Below, piece by piece: positions 1 through 13,726 of a DNA stretch of 64,000 nucleotides (its first letter is position 1; each line of letters starts with the position of its first letter). Position numbers and translations under genes: made by a program. The DNA is from Octopus vulgaris (taxonomy: Eukaryota). The stretch is taken from contig OX597824.1 in NCBI GenBank assembly GCA_951406725.2, forward strand, positions 59,272,001 through 59,336,000, given 5' to 3'. The notes beneath the pieces are model-generated. The model saw nothing but the letters and a program-made list of their open reading frames with translations, made no database searches and had not been told where the DNA came from.

Positions 1-300
1 GTGGGGACAGGGATTCTTAGTGCAGCGTGGTTAAACACATGAAGGTTGCTGCCAACATAGATGAATTTAAAGAGGAAACTTTTAATGAATTGACCTGTGA
101 TCAAAAGTACCCCGACCTTGCCCATCTGTCATATTATGTATCAAATTTTTCAATATTTCCAATATACATTTCCAATATATATTTCCATTACATTTTCCAG
201 TATTTCCTTCACTTGGTAAGAGTATGATTTGATGGAAATTAGCGGCTATTTATAGTAGATAAAACGATCTGGTATAGGCATCACCTGTGGCTCGTCAACA

Positions 301-363
<63 letters not shown>

Positions 364-367
<4 letters not shown>

Positions 368-525
368 AATATAATATGTGACAATTATTCGGTAGCTATG
401 ATAAAACTCCGAGTTTTGGATACCGAGGTGGAAATCCACGCTGCCATCTCTTCAGTTATCTCTTCCACCTCGGCATCCGGAGTTTTATCATGGCTACCGA
501 ATAATTCTCACGTATTATATTTACA
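364..525. repeat. Foldback element next to (TA)n, carrying a degenerate hammerhead on the minus strand (400-460)
   Basis: Arm 364-432 is the reverse complement of 463-525. The minus strand reads gataa-CUGAAGA-gat...atc-cAAAA-cucggag-UU-uuauc, with the G of GAAA lost (likely CpG decay). Confidence 0.7.
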
Positions 526-1267
526 GATAAATTCCTCTATTTACATAATATCGGGGTCACTTTTATTTTCTTGGAGAGACACCTCACTCGGACCATTTCT
601 GATGATTAAGGCTGTTCATATTTTCAATCTAGTGAGACATAGATGAACTTGACAAGTTTTTATTAAACGGTTGAATAATGAGTAAATAAGGAAGACTTTT
701 GTGTTTACGTGCACCCGTATGTAGATCATTGGTTTGGCATTTGACAAACTTGTGATATTTAATTCACGAATTTATTTACGATTCTCTAACTTTCCCCTAT
801 GTCAGATGGAGTGGCATCAACTGGCAAGTGAGAGCTCAGGCGTGGTTAACGTACTTAGTAAATGCGAACAAAAAAAAAACACATTTGTAAGCATATTGGG
901 GAACAACATTGGATAGTCAGTGATCCTGGATCTGTGAGGCCCATTCACTGGCCGATGTTGAAGTCTTTCCTGTATAAGATCGTTGAAACATTTCCTGGAA
1001 GAATCGTCAGTGCGCATGGAAAAGTGCCTAGCAATATTTCGACCATGATCACGTTTGAACTCAGCCTGTAAAATGAGCTGGTTTTAAATGCTGTCGTGGT
1101 TGGCTCTGAATTTTACCCTTCCGGGGTTGATAAAATAAATACCAATCGAGTACTGGGATCGATTAATCCACTAAGCACCGCCCTTAGAAAATTTCCCGCC
1201 TCTTTCCTAAAGCAGAAAGAATTATGATAATGATAATAACTATTATCATGGTTATTATTATTATCAT

Positions 1268-1707
1268 TCTTCTTCTTCTTCTTCTTCTTCTTCTTCTTCT
1301 TCTTCTTCTTCTTCTTCTTCTTCTTCTTCTTCTTCTCATTATTATCATTATTATTATTATTATTATTATGAAGAAGAAGAAGAAGAAGAAGAAGAAGAAG
1401 AAGAAGAAGAAGAAGAAGAAGAAGAAGAAGAAGAAGAAGGAGAAGAAGAAGAAGGAGAAGGAGAAGGTAAAGAAGGAGAAGGAGAAGGTAAAGAAGAAGA
1501 AGAAGAAGAAGAAGAAGAAGAAGAAGAAGAAGAAGACGAAGAAGGAGAAGAAGAAGAAGAAGAAGAAGAAGAAGAAGAAGAAGAAGAAGAAGAAGAAGAA
1601 GGAGAAGGAGAAGGTAAAGAAGGAGAAGGAGAAGGTAAAGAAGAAGAAGAAGAAGAAGAAGAAGAAGAAGAAGAAGAAGAAGAAGAAGAAGAAGAAGAAG
1701 AAGAAGA
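1268..1707. repeat. Compound trinucleotide tract (TTC)n-(ATT)n-(GAA)n
   Basis: Directly visible. A GGAGAAGGAGAAGGTAAAGAA variant block is duplicated at about 1453-1493 and 1601-1640. Confidence 0.95.
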
Positions 1708-2527
1708 AATCTGTCAGAAATATTGATCATCTGCCCATTGTCAAAGAAGGTTACCTGCGAATAATCTTCATTATATAAGTGTTTACAGTTCTTTTATCTT
1801 TGCGTTATCTCCAAATGTACACACACGTACCCACTTACTTGTGTGAGTACAAATGTCATTACCTATTATTATATTTATACAAAATGACACACAAATACAC
1901 ACATACAGATGTTCAATTAAAGCATTGCCTTAACCGTGTATGTGTGTATATGTGCACGTCTCTGTATAGAAAAAAAGATAGATAGATGGATAGATATATG
2001 CAAATCCAACACGCATACATGAATACACCCCCAAATATATATTGACAGCGACATACATGTAAATGTTTCTTTATACAAACATACATACATTCATGTACAC
2101 GTACATATATGCATACGTATGCATATACATACGTAAGAACCTCATAGTATTGAAATAATTAAATAGAATAAAGTAAACATGAACATTGAAAATAAATTAA
2201 GAGCAACAGAAAGAGCCACGGAAGGAAGAATTCTGAAGATTAACAAAATAGGTAAGTGGAAACACAACATGATAAGACTTGCAACAGAAAAAGGATAATA
2301 AATGGAATTGCAAATTGACAGAAAAAAGAAAGAGGTAGAAATTGGAATAATGTAGAAATTGGAATAATGATTATGTTAAATTTTTCGGCACCGAAGTACG
2401 GGTAGGAAATCATCAGACTGTGGTTGGTGGAGAGAACATACCGAGGCCGAAACATTCATCCAGCTTTTACAGAATCAACCAGAACAAGCAAGACTGAGAG
2501 CTCTGAGAAGTAAAGCAATAACAACAA

Positions 2528-2599
<72 letters not shown>

Positions 2600-2603
<4 letters not shown>

Positions 2604-3294
2604 GGAGTTAAACGCAGGTGTTATTCAAATGCTTTTACTTCCGACACGTTTCGAAGATATCACTGATATTATTCCAAAGGAATAAAATGGTATAAAACAA
2701 TGCAATCTTTTCTTCAGGGAAGTGAAGAAATGAAACTCGTTAATAAGACATTTTAATAGAAAATGATGGATATGTATAGTGATTAACTGAACGCTATTAA
2801 TATTGTTTCAAATAAACGTTATATGATATAACGTCAGAGGTAGCCTATAGAAAGAGAAGGCATAAAAAAACTAAATAAATGAGAAGTGTATGATTATATG
2901 TCTATTAACTAAAGCCATAGAGACTTGGAAAAAGATATATCTAGCGAATGTGAACTGAAAAATGAAAATTAATGTTTAAATTATATATAATAATAGAAAT
3001 CACTTATCTGAAATAAAGGTGTGTTTCTGCCAATGTTTACATCGGTATGCACGCTCTTTAACCGTGTTTACAAGGAGATTTTTAGGAAAAAGAATAAAAA
3101 ATAGTTCAGAATTACAGAGAAGACAGAATCCCTTGCCTTTTTCATAAGGTATCGAGATTGAGAGAATCAACCAATCTAAATTAAATTGTTTATTGTGGTC
3201 TTTTAGATCCCAAATTAATTTACTAAGCCCTGTACTGTTACCTTTATTCCTATCCCTAAATATAGAGTAATGATTAGAAATTCCTTTAGATAAC
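2600..3294 (-). mobile_element. 5'-truncated Penelope-like element: GIY-YIG C-terminus plus 3' UTR with HHR, flanked by TA repeats
   Basis: 3294->3000 translates NHYSIFRDRNKGNSTGLSKLIWDLKDHNKQFNLDWLILSISIPYEKGKGFCLLCNSELFFILF...RCKHWQKHTF, homologous to the ORFs at 56111-56345 and 60438-60650. It shares their ATGGAGTTRAACG terminus. Confidence 0.85.
2637..2723 (-). ncRNA. Type I hammerhead ribozyme
   Basis: acuucc-CUGAAGA-aaagau...aucuuc-GAAA-cgug-UC-ggaagu, with a perfect 6-bp stem I. Confidence 0.8.
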
Positions 3295-3320
3295 TATATA
3301 TATATTACAAACATATATTT

Positions 3321-4142
3321 CGATTACATGGAAAAATGCGAGATTATAAATCTGGAAAATTACAGGACAAGTTATTACACTTGGAAAAGTTCAGGACACC
3401 TTGTTACATCTGGTAAAGTAGAGAACAAGAAAAATTTTACTTAAAATATTGCAGCTAAGGATAAAATTTCAAATAAAATATTTATATTTATTAAAAGTAA
3501 ACATTTTATTATAAGTTATTACTTCTATTTGTCACTTTTATTAAAGATTTAAAAAATAACTCAAAATATTTTTGGCACTTTAAAAAATATTAATTTTTTC
3601 AATTATTAAATAATAATTAGAAATTTGAAAGTAGGTTATTAAAAATAATAGTAGTACATAATTAGCTAGTACAATAAATAGAATAATACAAAAATTAGTT
3701 ATATTTTACAGTAAAATCTACCAATAACAAAAAATTCACAGTAAAATTTGCTTGAGTTATTGCCTAAGCTATTGCCAAATCTTCACATATTTACTCTTGA
3801 CCCAATGCTTATTTTTTACATAATGAATTTGCCTACCATATGTACCATTCTATTTTGCATAAAACTTTAGTTATATTGTTTCTTCTGGTTCTCATTTTTT
3901 TAAGTATACTAGTGTGTCAGTATTTTAACGAAATGATGGTACCCTTTTTAATTATAATGTTACTTTGTAAATTAAAATTAAATAATATTTAATATTCAAA
4001 TTTTATCCTTAGCTGCAATATTTTAAGTAAAAATGTTCTTGTTCTGTACTTTACCAGATGCAAGTGTAATATATTATCCTGTAATTTTTCAGGTTTATGA
4101 TCTTAATATTATTTCTCTTGCTTGCATTTTACCACACAATCC
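3321..4142. mobile_element. AT-rich foldback/MITE-like element with about 160-bp imperfect inverted arms
   Basis: catctggtaaagtagagaacaaga...aatattgcagctaaggataaaattt (about 3407-3470) is inverted at about 3998-4060. The left arm has subterminal ~29-bp repeats. Confidence 0.65.
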
Positions 4143-5023
4143 ATGTTTTTTCCAGGCTATGTTATTATACTAATTAATAATGTGCCAAATGTGTCAATTA
4201 GCGGTGTCGTTGATAATTTTTTCCTTACTTCAAAAAGGCCGGTGACGTATATTAAAATTCCCCTTATAGAACTATATTCATAAAAATGTACAGAACTATG
4301 TTATCACCCCCAAATTTGAGAAACAAACATTCATAACTTTTTCCTTTTAAAACTTCATTGCATGAAATTGATACGACGAAATTCCTCGAATTGAGATCTA
4401 TCATTTAAGCTAAATTAAAATATTGTTTGTTTTTAAAATAAAAAAGCTAATTATACTTAAATCCAATTTTTTGCCTTACTTATATCTTTTTTTTACCACA
4501 CAACATTTTTGATACAAAGTTTTGCTGCGTGGGACCAAAACTATGAAATTATTCATGCTTTCTTTTATCATTGAAACTAAGATAAATATATTTTGCTCTT
4601 AAAATTAAAAAAAAAGTTATTTAGATCTGAACTTGATTGGTGGCGTTACCTACTCTCCTATAACGCTGCTACAAATTTTGATGTAAATTTTTTTCTACTG
4701 GATCAAATTTCAATTTTTTATGCCAAAATGTAGCTAGCGACCACTCCTCTTCAAAAATGTTAAATTTGGTTAAGAAGTGAATTAGCAACAAGCTCAGAAA
4801 GATGCTGCATGTGAGTAAATTGCGACCTTAATATTATTCAACTTCTACCGTAGGTGAATGTTTGGTCATTGCGATACTAATAACCTGGTGTTAGTAGTCA
4901 ATATACGCAAGTTTCAGAACGAAACATCGAGTACAGAACGGTAGTATGAATCTGGGATGACGAAGGAATACACGAGAATTTCGTAATACAATGCACTTAT
5001 CAGTTTCAAACGTGAACTGCAAT

Positions 5024-5110
<87 letters not shown>

Positions 5111-5228
5111 GTATATATATAAAGTTAATCCCAAAAAGCACAAGAAAAAACAAGTACACGAGTAAGTGGTACATGCAAAGGAAAGAAAGGGTGTTTTACG
5201 TTTCGAGCAAAGCTATATGTAGTATATG

Positions 5229-5289
<61 letters not shown>

Positions 5290-5504
5290 ATGTATGTATG
5301 TGTGTATGTATGTAGGTACGTATGTATATGTATATATAAATGTACAAATCGTGTGGGGGCTTCCATAAAAAGTGAGGGAAACAAAGGAAGGGAGAACAAA
5401 TGATATGAAAAGTATACATATATAATATACAAAATATACGCGCACATGGATGATGCAAATCCTCTTGTACAGGCCAGACACTACACACACGCACACGCAT
5501 ATAT

Positions 5505-5601
<97 letters not shown>

Positions 5602-6621
5602 AATATATATATACATATATATATATATATATGTATATATATACATACATACATACATTCATACATTCATACATACATACATACATGAATATGTTTATGT
5701 TGTATATGTATACACACACAAACTCATGCACATACACACAAGTATTGAATTAATAGTGTATTGCTTGTGCGTGTTCATCTCTGCCATTTATCCCCATCAC
5801 TACCACCAAAATTCTCTGACAGAAAAATAAATGTCATTCACATGGCCCATCCTCTGTCAATATTTTCCTTTCAGGGTCTGTTGATTTAAGCAACTTTACA
5901 GGCGGAGTGATTCAATGCATAAAGTCGTGCATGGGTGCACATACGTTTCGGCGAATGTGTGTACCTGTAAGTGTGTATGTGTGTGCATGTATGTGTGGGT
6001 GAATGTGTGTGCGTGTCTTTGTGGGGGTGTGTAAAGAAGTGATTGTCGATGAATTTGTCTTCTTTGTTCTCTAAGATATACGGTGATGCATTTAAGTTGA
6101 CAGAAAATAAGTACTGCAAACAATTGGTTGAGTAATTTCAAAGATAACTTTGTTTGCAGATGTAAACATCTGTGTGTGTGCATGTGTGTGTGTGTGTGTT
6201 TGTGTGTGCGTGCGTGCGTGCGGCGTGCGTGCGTGCGTGCGCGTGCGTTTGTGTGTTTTAAACACACATACAGAAGCACACATATACATACACACACGCA
6301 CACGCACACACTGACAGATACACACACTTGCACTCACACACACACACACACACAAGAACACACGCACACGCACACACACACACACACACACACGCGTTCA
6401 CACGCACATAGGAATATTTGTTTTAATGTCAAGTTTTATACAAAAACAATTTATGATTAAACCGATGGATTACTTAATACTTTCAATAGAGTGCAAGTTT
6501 AGTAACATTTTACAAGTAAAATATGACTATCTTCGAAGCTACTGCTGGCTTGACTATCTGACGGAACGTCGAAGTCACCGCCAAACTTTTCTTTGGAAAA
6601 TTTATACACACACGCATTATA

Positions 6622-7743
6622 TCAGGTCATCCCATAAGTTCTGTCCGATTTTACGTTTTTTAGAATTAAATGAAATTTAATAGTATTTTAGAGTGTCTAA
6701 TGGAATTAAAAATTATTTTTATGCATTTGTGTACACTTACACCAATTAAATATTATTTTACAGAATAATGGAATTAAAATTTCTTTGACTAAAACCATTT
6801 CTAACATAGAAGTATCCAAAGAGCATTTAAGACACATAATGCTTTATGAGTACAAAAAAGGAAACTCTGCTGCCGAAGCAACTTGAAACATACACTCAGT
6901 TTATAGGAAAGAATGCTTGAATGAAAGAACTTGCAGAAGATGGTTTGCAAAATTCAGAAGTGGAGATGTCAGCCTTGAAGATGAAGATCGAATAGGACGT
7001 CCAGTTGAATTTGATGATAAGTTCCTTGAAGCATTACTTGAAGAAAATCCTGCATTATCAGTTGAAGAACTGGCAATAAAGCTTAGTTCAAGCCATACAA
7101 CAGTTCATCGTCATCTTCAACAACTTGGATAGATTCCTAAAGTTGGAAAATGGGTGCCTCATGAATTGTCCGAAAGCAACCGCAAATCTGCTCTTCTCTC
7201 CATTCTTGCGAAATCATTTCACCCACTTTGGATAGACTTGTGACTGGTGACGAAAAATAGATCTTCTATCGAAGTGTTAAACGTCGTAAACAGTGGCTTG
7301 GTAAAAGGGAAAAAGGTTCGACAACAACCGAGAAGGGAACTTCATGGGTAAAAAGTTCTTCTCTCTATATGGTGGGATTGCAAAGGAGTAATTCACTTTG
7401 AATTGTTACCGCCTATTGCAACAATCAATGCTCAAGTCTACTGTCAGCAATTAGAGCGTTTGAACCAAGCTTTGAAGAAAACAAGGCCCGATTTAGTGAA
7501 TCGAAAAGAAGTGATGTTTCATCAGGGCAAAGCCAGGAGGATGTCGAAACTGACATTTCAGAGTTCTTCGCTTTGAAACCAAAAGAGTTTTAGATTGATG
7601 GGATTAAAACACTTGAAAATAGATGGAAGAAAGTCATAGATAATCAGGGAAATTACACTGATGGTTAAATTTCAATTAAATATGAAATTTGATCACTTGT
7701 TTTCTTTTTTCAAAATTCGGAGAGAACTAATGGGATGACCTGA
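6622..7743 (+). mobile_element. Mariner (Tc1/mariner) DNA transposon, non-functional and internally deleted
   Basis: 30-bp TIRs, TCAGGTCATCCCATAAGTTCTGTCCGATTT versus the reverse complement TCAGGTCATCCCATTAGTTCTCTCCGAATT, with TA on both flanks. Confidence 0.95.
6806..7668 (+). pseudogene. Mariner transposase pseudogene
   Basis: ATA in place of ATG, then EVSKEHLRHIMLYEYKKG, RRWFAKFRSGD, WVPHEL (7151), LVTGDEK, FHQGKAR and RWKKVIDNQGNY*. It has stops and frameshifts, and the YSPDLAP segment is absent. Confidence 0.92.
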
Positions 7744-7855
7744 TATATGCATATGTTTGTGTATGTGTGAGTGTGAGTGTATCTGTGTCTGTGTTTGTTT
7801 GTGTGTGTGTGTGAGAGAGAGAGTGTCCATATATATATATATATATATATAAGAG

Positions 7856-8610
7856 AATACAAAAAACGGGACAAAAATGCAAAACATCCAGACAGTTAGA
7901 TGATACAAAAAAAGGAAAAAGAAAAAACAAGGACCGGTCATTCGGAGTTTTCTTTCGTCAGTCAAGTTCAAGATTGGATTTGCTGTTTCGGCTAGTTATA
8001 CTCGAGACTGCTCCAATCTGGCCAGCCCCAAGGAAAATCCAAGCTAGTAGCGCTGGATTCCTTGGAAGAAAGCAGCGAATGTTTACGAAAAGGAGAACGG
8101 AAAAAAAACGGAGAAATTAAACCGGCGTATGTGGAAGTGAAGCCTTACGGCGGGGACATAAGAGATGACAGACATAGGAAGGAATATAGATGTTGCACGG
8201 ATGGTTGAAAGAAAGGTCAGGCTTGGCCGAATCATCTCATATGTCCCTGCCGTAAGGCTTCACTTCCATACACGCCTGCTTAATTTAATTCGTCCTTAGT
8301 CGAAAGACACCTGTTGTTAATGTCCTGTTATTTGCATTTGTATTAGTGTGCTATTTCTCCGGTTTTTTTTTGTCCTTGTTTTCGTATACATTCGCTGCTT
8401 TCTTCCAAGAAATCTAGTGCTCTTAGCTTAGATTTTCCTTGGAGCTGGCCAGATTGGAGCAGTCTCGAGTACAACCAGCCGAAACTGTAAATCCAATCTG
8501 GAGCTCGACTGGCGGAAGAAAACTCCGAATGACCCGTCCTTGTTTTCTTTTTTGTCCCTTTTTGTATCATCTGTCAGGATGTTTTGTATTCTTGTCCCAT
8601 TTTTTGTATT
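7856..8610. mobile_element. Non-coding foldback element (family B) between TA tracts, probably PLE-derived
   Basis: Outer arms about 7856-8117 and 8353-8610, inner arms 8124-8168 and 8232-8276. Related copies at 13953, 14791, 51005 and 63146. Confidence 0.75.
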
Positions 8611-8654
8611 TTTTTATATGTATGTATGTACACTTTCGTCTCTTATATGTAAGT

Positions 8655-8751
<97 letters not shown>

Positions 8752-8779
8752 CAGAAAGACAGACAGACAGACAGATAGG

Positions 8780-8853
<74 letters not shown>

Positions 8854-9135
8854 AATATTTAAGACGAGGCATAAACAATGGTCATTATATATTTCTTTAT
8901 TTTAGTTTCTATTCTTTATGCCTTGTCTTGTATATCACTGTGTAAAAGACCAGTATAACTGGAAAACAACCATAGATTTACAATAGAGAATGGTGATGAC
9001 TCTGCCACAAGAATACGCAATGTTCTTAAGTAATTATTTTTTAAAATCCTGGTGTATTAACAGAGAGCTTATAAAATATTTTTCTCCGATTGATATTCTC
9101 CCATTAATAATTCTTTGTTTTGATATAGATGCATG

Positions 9136-9216
<81 letters not shown>

Positions 9217-9412
9217 CTGTGTGTGTGTGTGTAACAACAGTGGGCCGTTAGCGATTTTCCTTTTTCTTCTTTAGACTTCTACCTTTAGACGAAGAGCCGT
9301 GTTTGAAACGTTAAAAACTCTTAACGTGAAACTAATGCTAGTGCACGTCCACACATTCGTTTTTTTTATGTTCGCCTTTTTAAGTGCTTATTCACTGAAT
9401 TGGCTCTATGTA

Positions 9413-9454
<42 letters not shown>

Positions 9455-10720
9455 CTTAGTAACTTCTATGCTGGAGTGAGACAGTATGTTCTTTGTCAAT
9501 CTCCTTAAATTCTTGGAGATTTTAGGTATAATTATACTAATGTGTCCATCAGTTCTAATTTGATTGAATTCTATGTCTTTGTGCAGCTGAAGATTGCTCT
9601 GCATTTTAAATTGATGTAATGATTGCACTGTTCAATTAAATGCAGTTGGATGAAACGATCGTACTGCATTACCTCTGGATATCTTTGTTGCTTATTTTGA
9701 TTTTAATCACCTTACTTTGAAATTGTATGGATAATACCGTACTGGTGAATCAACGTAAGTACCATAGTCATCTAAATCTAAATTTTTGCTGAACTCATCT
9801 ACCATACCCCATATACAGAGAGTGAGAGAAAAGAGAGAGAGATAGACGGATAGATAAGTATAGACACGCAGACACACACGTGCACAAGCACAAACGCAAA
9901 TACGTTTAGCTTGGGAAAGCTAAACTATATATAAAGGACATTAAAATCTACCGTTTTCTTCCTTCGGAACAAATCTGCAATACTAATTTTAAATGACGCT
10001 AATACAGAATTGGTAGAATCCTTCAGGGAGCGACAACGAGTTCCATTTCGAAAATAATTAATACCATCTTACACGAAAAAAAGTATCATCATCACCACCA
10101 CCACCACTACCACCAACACCACCACCACCACCATACCACCACCACCACCACCACCACCACCACCACCACCACCACCACTACCACCACAACCACCACCACC
10201 AACATCATCATCATTATTTTATTATAAATAAATAAACGATTATGATTTAATTATTATTTTCATTATTATCATTTATGTTTTGATGTCTCCTCTCAATCGT
10301 AACTAAGAAAAAAGTATAAATAAAGAAAAAAAAGCGGGGAATTATTTTTAAAAGCGACGAAAAGTAAATTGCGTAAAAGACAGAAAAGCAACTGAGAAAA
10401 TGTCAATATAAAAAAAAAGAAGAAAAAGAAGCATTGAAGAAAAAGAAGGAACGAATACGAAAGTAACATGGTTAAGAAAAAAAAAGTCTTATTCAATATA
10501 ATATCAAATGAAAATTAAAATTACGCTTGGGACTAATTTTCATGGCAGGAGTAAAATGCAAAAACAACTAAAGTATTTATGGGAAATTGTGAACAGAGGA
10601 AATTAGTTACTGGCAAATGTGTGTGTGTGTGTGTTTGCGTGTTACTGTATTCATATATGTACATGCATATATACATATGTATATATATGTATATATATGT
10701 ATTTATACATATATATATAC

Positions 10721-10766
<46 letters not shown>

Positions 10767-10803
10767 GTATAAATACATGTATATATACATATGTATATAT
10801 GCA

Positions 10804-10848
<45 letters not shown>

Positions 10849-10934
10849 ATACGTATATATATATATATACGTATATACATACACACACACACACACAACC
10901 AAACGCACACACACACACACACACATACACACAC

Positions 10935-10995
<61 letters not shown>

Positions 10996-11554
10996 AGATG
11001 ACAAAGTATTTAAAAGACCATATTTTATACTACTGCTGGTGCGAAAAGCCAAAAGCGTCAGGTCAGATGAGCGTGGCAAAATGATGTGAAATCGCTAAAT
11101 ATGGTGAGGGTGGTATGTTAAATTGTTAATGGTGAGGGTGGGATGGTGGTTCCAATCTTACTGGTGCTGATGCTGCTGATGGAGGTTGCGGTGGTGGTGT
11201 TGACAGTGGTTGTGAGACTGGTGATGGTGGTGATATTCTCGATAGTAGTCGTGGTGATGATGTTGGTGTTGACGTTGTAGAGGTGACGGTGATGAATGTG
11301 AGAGTGGCGGTATTAATGGTAGTGGTGATTGTGGTGGTTTCTATTACAGATAACTGGTGGCGTTTTGAATGGTTAATACGACTGGCACGGAGTAATGCGG
11401 AGAAAATGAAGTTAAGCAATCAGGAAAAGAAAAATGCTGCTTGAACTAATATAAAACTGATGAAAAACTTGATAAATTTACTTTCTTGACCACAACCGGG
11501 TTTATATTAAAATTTTAGTATAATTTCAACCTTGGGTTGTCACACACGCACACA

Positions 11555-11587
<33 letters not shown>

Positions 11588-11656
11588 GCACGCATACACA
11601 CACGCACTCACACATATATATTCATGTATAAACAAATAAAAACAGATGGATTGTGG

Positions 11657-11747
11657 TTCACTACAGCTGTTTCAGACGTGTTTTTGTTTATATTGATAAA
11701 TAGAAGTATTACATCATGCAAAATAACAAACGTTTTCATCAGGTGAA
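11657..11747 (-). ncRNA. Type I hammerhead ribozyme in a short element beside a microsatellite
   Basis: uucac-CUGAUGA-aaacgu...acgucu-GAAA-cagcug-UA-gugaa, with a 5-bp stem I and palindromic loop III CAGCUG. Confidence 0.8.
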
Positions 11748-12434
11748 TATATATAAGAATTAAATATTTTGAACATCTCAGTAGCAAGTAGAAATTATCA
11801 TTCTGAATCTTCAGACAAAAATTCTGACAGAATTTTGATCGGTAGAATTAAAAATTCATTATTTTGAACTTCTTAGATTCCATTTGAAAACAGATATATA
11901 AATAAAAAAAGGAGACATCGTTAAGATGTACTTTCTGGTTTTGCACCTCCCACCAATGAGCACAGCATTTCAGCCCATTCGCTGTCAAATATTATCTTGA
12001 ACTGCCAGAAACAACACCTACATCTACCACGACACGCTATATTTTCTCAGGTATGCCTATATGTATATATGATCCAACGTAGCATACCTCTACATTGTAT
12101 TTAAACGTGCTAGAAATAGCAGCTTAATCTCCCCCCAAAGCATATCCTTTTACATGATTAGATTCAGTTTGATAGTTCAAGAGACAAAATTCGTGAGAAT
12201 TTTTCAGATAGCATAACTGGGTAAAGTTTAAACTGTCGTTTACCCCGAGGTTTGGTATCGGACAAATGACTAAGAAATTCTTGCTGTAGAGAAAATAGCC
12301 AGAGATCTTATTTATTAGTCAATTATTGTCTGTCTGTCTGTATGTATGTATGTAAGCATGCATGCATGTGTGTATGTATGTATGATATAACAACATAAAT
12401 AATATATATAAGTATGTATACATGCATATATATG

Positions 12435-12478
<44 letters not shown>

Positions 12479-12670
12479 CATTATATAAAAGGGCTTAGTA
12501 AAATAAATTACTTTGCCGCATACTGAACTCATTAGAAATAGCAGCCAAAAAACTCTTTTAAAGCTATTTCTAATACTTAAAGAAAATCTCTCTCATATAT
12601 AGTGTTTGCTTAATTCAACTCACAAAAGTTTGGGGGTAAGGACATCAAAAAATCGAATGCTAAGGTTATT

Positions 12671-12722
12671 TGAGAACGTACGTTTCAAGATTAGTCAAAA
12701 CAACACTTCTATCATCAGCTCA
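12671..12722 (-). ncRNA. Type I hammerhead ribozyme (inverted copy)
   Basis: Exact reverse complement of 13391-13442. Confidence 0.72.
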
Positions 12723-13390
12723 GAAACTCCTTGGTTTGGATTTGGAAACACTGAAAGTAAGAACATACCCTTTCGAAGATCCGCTCGTAACTAACAGTGC
12801 CAACAAACCCAAATAAGCAAGCGAAGAATTTCTGTTCTCCCCTTTCCACCAGCGTGGGTTAAAATCATCAAATATGCTTATTTCGAAAATCCGAAGCATT
12901 AAAGAGGAGATTAATTATACGTTCTCAAATAACCTTAGCATTCGATTTTTTGATGTCCTTACCCCCAAACTTTTGTGAGTTGATTAAGCAAAGAGATTTT
13001 CTTTAAGTATTAGAAATAGCTTTAAAAGAGTTTTTTGGCTGCTATTTCTAATGAGTTCATTATTTTATTTTACTAAGCCCTTTTATATATGTAATAATTT
13101 GAATTCGCCTTAAATTCCCTTTGCATACTGAACACTTGGTGAAATTGATTAATAATTAATTAATTTTACCCTCAATTGTTGAAATTATAATTAATCTCCC
13201 TCTAATTAATGCTTCGGATTTTACCGAAATAAGCATAGTGTTTGATGATTTTAACCCACGCTGGTGGAAAGGGGAGAACAGAAATTCTTCGCTTGCTTAT
13301 TTGGGTTTGTTGGCACTGTTAGTTACGAGCGGATCTTCGAAAGGGTATGTTCTTACTTTCAGTGTTTCCAAATCCAAACCAAGGAGTTTC

Positions 13391-13442
13391 TGAGCTGATG
13401 ATAGAAGTGTTGTTTTGACTAATCTTGAAACGTACGTTCTCA
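13391..13442 (+). ncRNA. Type I hammerhead ribozyme
   Basis: ugag-CUGAUGA-uagaagu...acuaaucuu-GAAA-cguacg-UU-cuca. AACGUACGUU is a 10-nt palindrome; stem II is imperfect. Confidence 0.72.
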
Positions 13443-13726
13443 AATAACCTTAGCATTCGATTTTTTGATGTCCTTACCCCCAAACTTTTGTGAGTTGAAT
13501 TAAGCAAACACTATATATGAGAGAGATTTTCTTTAAGTATTAGAAATAGCTTTAAAAGAGTTTTTTGGCTGCTATTTCTAATGAGTTCAGTATGCGGCAA
13601 AGTAATTTATTTTACTAAGCCCTTTTATATAATGTAATAATTTGAATTCGCCTTAAATGGTCCCTTTGCATACTGAACACTTGGTGAAATTGATTAATAA
13701 TTAATTAATTTTACCCTCAATTGTTG

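Noticed and set aside
597-630. CTGATGA motif
   Set aside because: No properly placed stem II and GAAA, so not called a hammerhead.
11126-11419. Thr/Pro/Ser-rich mucin-like ORF
   Set aside because: Low-complexity GGT/GAT degenerate repeat with no splice or homology support.
12606-13507. Identical 62-aa ORFs on opposite strands
   Set aside because: A by-product of the inverted repeat: TTG start, no recognisable domain, and antisense to the HHR.
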